A DNA stretch of 64,000 nucleotides from Picochlorum sp. SENEW3 (lineage: Eukaryota), in assembly GCA_034226945.1 (NCBI GenBank), contig CP120463.1:310001-374000 (forward strand). The letters run 5' to 3'. A program made the translations under genes and the position numbers. Positions 60,608 to 64,000 of the stretch are shown in pieces. Within the stretch, counting starts at the first letter, position 1; every line of letters begins with the position of its first letter. The notes below the pieces were generated by a model. The model saw only the letters and a program-made list of their open reading frames with translations. It was not told where the DNA came from and searched no databases.

Positions 60608-60967
60608 GATACGTGCAATGCATGGACATCTATAATTAAGAATAGTGACAGTCTCTGGATCAATACATATTTGTTGATCGAATGTGGTTGGTTGTTGATT
60701 AAATATATTTATATAAGGAGAGATTGCTGCAGAGCAACCTGCTCCCTCATCCTGATCACAACACTATCCACGATAGCATTTGTATCCATTTATATACTAC
60801 ATCTCATATTGCAATAAAAGTACGTGATAGCTTTACAGACAGCGAGAATTGACAGCATTCTTTCTCACATTGCCAATTCCATGGTCATCATCGACTCAAC
60901 ATTGGTCTTGCAAGGGTGATTTCCGATCCATCAGCTCCATACATCAAGATAATAGAATACATCATCT

Positions 60968-62191
60968 ATGGCGCACATGTTGAGCAGAAATGTGTGTTCA
61001 TGTACATCACAGCACCGCCTTGGTCGGTATGTGCTGGGTGGACAGCAGCACCTCCTGACAACCACACGTCGCGTATTGAGCGGGTGTCATGCGACATCAG
61101 CAGATACAGAGCATGATCCATCAGAAACGTCTACTCAGAAACCAGCGACAGCGAGAAGGAAACGAGTCTTATCAGGAGTGCAGCCAACAGGGACGGTGCA
61201 TTTGGGAAATTATTTGGGTGCTATTCGAAACTGGGTGGACTTGCAGGATATGTACGATACATACTTTATGGTGGTCGATTTGCATGCTATTACCCTCCCT
61301 CATAATCCTAAAGAATTATTAGAAGCTACTCGGAACGGAGCTGCGTTGTATATTGCCTGCGGCATTGATCCTTCAAAAGCCAAGGTGTTTGTGCAGTCCC
61401 ATGTCTCTGCCCACGCCGAAATGGCGTGGTTGTTATCCTGCATCACACCCGTCGGGTGGTTGAAAAAAATGATTCAGTTTAAAGAAAAGAGTAGAAAAGC
61501 TGGAAACGAAGAGGTTGGGACGGGACTGTTGACCTACCCCGTGCTCATGGCAGCAGACATTCTGCTGTATCAGTCAGACTTGGTTCCTGTAGGAGAGGAT
61601 CAGAAGCAGCACTTGGAGCTTGCGAGGGATCTCGCAGAGCGAGCAAATTACTTATTCGGTGGTAAAAAAGCAAAAAAGATGGGATGCAAGTATACCCGAC
61701 TGTTCAAGGTGCCGGAGCCATTCATCCCTCCAGCAGGTGCTCGCGTCATGTCCCTGCAGGACGGTCGAGCCAAAATGTCAAAGAGTGCCGAGTCAGATCT
61801 CTCCCGCATCAATCTACTGGATCCCCCTGATGTCATTAAAACAAAGATTAAAAAAGCAAAGACGGATGCATTCGATGGATTGGAGTTTGGAAATCCTGAT
61901 CGACCAGAAGCAACAAATCTCCTCACCATGTACCAGTGTGTCACTGGTATGAGCAATGAAGCCGTGTTGCAACAAGTCGGTGGCATGCGATGGGGTGAAT
62001 TCAAGCCAGTACTTACTGATGCGATGATTGAGCATCTCAGACCAATCCAAGCGAGGTATAACGAGGTGATCAGTGATCAAGCATATCTTGATGCGGTCCT
62101 GTCCCAAGGGGCCCAAGCAGCAGCCCATGAGGCCCATGCAACGCTGGACAATGTCCGCAAAGCCATGGGATTCCCTGAGAAATTATACTAG
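60968..62191 (+). CDS. trpS: Tryptophanyl-tRNA synthetase, organellar (bacterial type)
   Basis: SGVQPTG, HLGN, YPVLMAADIL, VGEDQ and KMSKS motifs with an N-terminal targeting extension. Confidence 0.97.
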   Translation: MAHMLSRNVCSCTSQHRLGRYVLGGQQHLLTTTRRVLSGCHATSADTEHDPSETSTQKPATARRKRVLSGVQPTGTVHLGNYLGAIRNWVDLQDMYDTYFMVVDLHAITLPHNPKELLEATRNGAALYIACGIDPSKAKVFVQSHVSAHAEMAWLLSCITPVGWLKKMIQFKEKSRKAGNEEVGTGLLTYPVLMAADILLYQSDLVPVGEDQKQHLELARDLAERANYLFGGKKAKKMGCKYTRLFKVPEPFIPPAGARVMSLQDGRAKMSKSAESDLSRINLLDPPDVIKTKIKKAKTDAFDGLEFGNPDRPEATNLLTMYQCVTGMSNEAVLQQVGGMRWGEFKPVLTDAMIEHLRPIQARYNEVISDQAYLDAVLSQGAQAAAHEAHATLDNVRKAMGFPEKLY

Positions 62192-62255
62192 CTCCTTCTT
62201 CTCATCTGACCTAGATATATATAATTGTAATCTAATTCAATTATTGTATTAAAAA

Positions 62256-62429
62256 ATGCAGCAACAGCCATTTCAGGCACAGCCAGTTCAGCCAGTCGCG
62301 TACATTTGTGGCGACTGTGGAGCTGAGAATACTCTTCGGTCTGGAGATGTGATTCGATGCAGAGAATGTGGATACAGAATTTTATATAAGAAGAGAACAA
62401 GTCGTGTTGTACAGTATGAAGCTCGGTAG
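62256..62429 (+). CDS. RPB12: RNA polymerases I/II/III subunit RPB12 (RPABC4), 57 aa, absent from the ORF track
   Basis: Hand translation: [57 protein letters not shown]. Confidence 0.95.
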   Translation: MQQQPFQAQPVQPVAYICGDCGAENTLRSGDVIRCRECGYRILYKKRTSRVVQYEAR

Positions 62430-62569
62430 CGATACCAATTGCCATGTCATCTGCATGACTCGATGTTGTTGATGATGAAACATTGTTTCCTGAATAATAA
62501 TACGGTATGTCATGTCGCACGACTACTATAGATTTAAGAGATATTAAGAGACATTGGTGGTGGTGGAGG

Positions 62570-62693
62570 TGAACCGATGATGAAACACTGCAACTTCTCA
62601 CAACGGTCTGCTGAGTGTGTTTTTCTCTTCCTCTCTTTTGGGGAGAAGGCACGCACGAGGCTGAGACACTGTCATGCTAATCTGATAGGTTTA
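62570..62693 (+). ncRNA. Box C/D snoRNA, U35/snR73-like, possibly dual guide
   Basis: Box C ATGATGA 62577-62583. Guide TCTCACAACGGTCT (62596-62609) is complementary, with 1 mismatch, to conserved LSU AGACCGTCGTGAGA and sits before D' CTGA 62611-62614. Internal hairpin; box D CTGA 62682-62685; terminal stem TGAACC/GGTTTA. Confidence 0.75.
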
Positions 62694-63348
62694 TATACTA
62701 CTACGCTCACACATGTATCTCTTTGGGAAATCTAGAATATGGGGAATGTAGTGATGATACTCACATGTTGTGAATGTGTTGCAGAGTTGTGTGATGGCCT
62801 GCCTGCTGCTTCGTGCACTATGGAATAGACGACTGTGATGTTTGGTTTCTCGAATGGTTCGTGGAAAAGTATAATGAAATGCTGAAAATACTCAAGTATT
62901 GGTAGTCTTTGTGCACCGTTCCAGAGTCAAGATTGCAAAGCAAAGGGCAGCAACTCTCCATGTCATTAAAATTAGGTGGATTCAAGTCATCATACTGATG
63001 ACTGGTGGCGGAGCGTGTGCGATTGATTTGATTATTGCTGCAAAGCAATCCTTGCGTGAGGGGTGGATTCAATGTTTGAAATTGGACACTCACATGTCAT
63101 GATGTGGAACTCTGCTTCTACCAGTACTACCAGAGCAGCTGCTGCAGCAGGGAGCGGATTTGAATGTTCAACAACTGGCAGTTGACAACTGCATCTATGC
63201 TACTACTGTTAGGATGGATAGATATCTTGAACTTGAAAGTTATTATTAATGTAACTATATATATAAAATTGAGTATAAGAATCTCACCACGTAGTAGGGA
63301 GTAGAAGAAGAGCACTGTTGCAAAAGACCAGTATCTCTCAACTCTACA

Positions 63349-64000
63349 ATGACCGACTCCACACGGAAAAGCGAGGCCGAGAGGTGCCTTGAGATGCTTA
63401 TGAAGGCCAGTAAAAATACTACAAGTAAATCGTATATTGATCTCTCGAGGAAAAGAGGTCGACCAAAGAAGAAGAACACGTGCGCTGTGACTGAGGTTGT
63501 TGACTTGACAAACTCTTCAGACTCGATTGTCGAGAATCAAGATGCCAATAAAAATAATAGTGGTACGAGGAAGAAAAAATATATTAAATGGACTAGTGAA
63601 GATAAGCGACTGCTTTTGGAAAAGTATCAGAGTTTCAAAGACAAGGGGCGGAAGAATCCTCTTGCAGCAACTGTGAGGTATTTTGGAAGGCACAGGGTGT
63701 CTACGAGTGGTGTGGAGTATCCAAGCTACTATCAAAATCTGAACGAGTCAAATTTGCGTGGTTGGATAAAGAGGAAAGATGACAGTGGCTGCAGAAGGGC
63801 TGGGAGGCCACCAGTTCTGAAACCTGAAACTGTCAAGGCATGTGAGGCTTTTGTCTTGAGTCGGTTTGAAAACATTGGTGTTACGAATGATGGCACATCA
63901 GGTATGGCTAATAATGTTAATAATAAAACAGGTACAGGTGATGCCATGAGTTCGCGGACATTGAAGCCACTGATACAAGATGTGATTCGGCGCATGGGAG
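63349..64000 (+). mobile_element. 5'-partial ORF resembling the DNA-binding N-terminus of a pogo/Tc1-mariner-type transposase (runs off the window)
   Basis: Frame open from ATG 63349 to the window end. AT-hook RKRGRPKK, 'KWTSEDKRLLL…LNESNLRGWIK' HTH-like segment and 'GRPPVL' linker. No catalytic domain visible. Confidence 0.5.

Noticed and set aside
60968..62429. TrpRS-RPB12 as a bicistronic pair (64-nt gap)
   Set aside because: A TGTAA poly(A) signal at 62226-62230 lies in the gap, so separate transcripts are plausible.
62990..63130. GATGA…GAGCGTG resembling U3 boxes C'/B
   Set aside because: No box A/A' upstream and no terminal box D. Kept only as generic structured RNA.

Overview
This is eukaryotic nuclear DNA from a very compact green alga. 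It has short GT-AG introns (about 65-180 nt), TGTAA poly(A) signals, plastid-targeted proteins and tiny intergenic gaps. The best guess is a Picochlorum/Chlorellales-like trebouxiophyte, which is inference only. About 37 protein-coding genes can be reconstructed, most with introns the ORF track does not show. Housekeeping genes include pICln, succinyl-CoA ligase alpha, an MBD9-like protein, a plastid phosphate translocator, DBP5, DRP1, TadA, Nup98-96, CK2 beta, SmD3, SPCS2, NHX, POP4, TrpRS and RPB12. There is also a box C/D snoRNA and a probable pogo/Tc1-type transposase 5' end at the right edge. Highlights: (1) a possible polysaccharide/cell-wall neighbourhood at 14-31 kb containing an SGNH/TBL-like acyl-esterase, a nucleotide-sugar transporter, a tandem double GH26 with one degenerate active site, an ankyrin-GT2 cellulose-synthase-like fusion, DRP1 and a GTPase-less dynamin/PH protein; (2) a secreted PAI/PFI-like fatty-acid isomerase head-to-head with a full-size ABCG exporter; (3) an SBPase-like enzyme with no transit peptide and no redox cysteines; (4) dense clusters of perfect palindromes in intergenic, mostly divergent-promoter, regions. 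All calls come from motif recognition by eye; no database searches were run.
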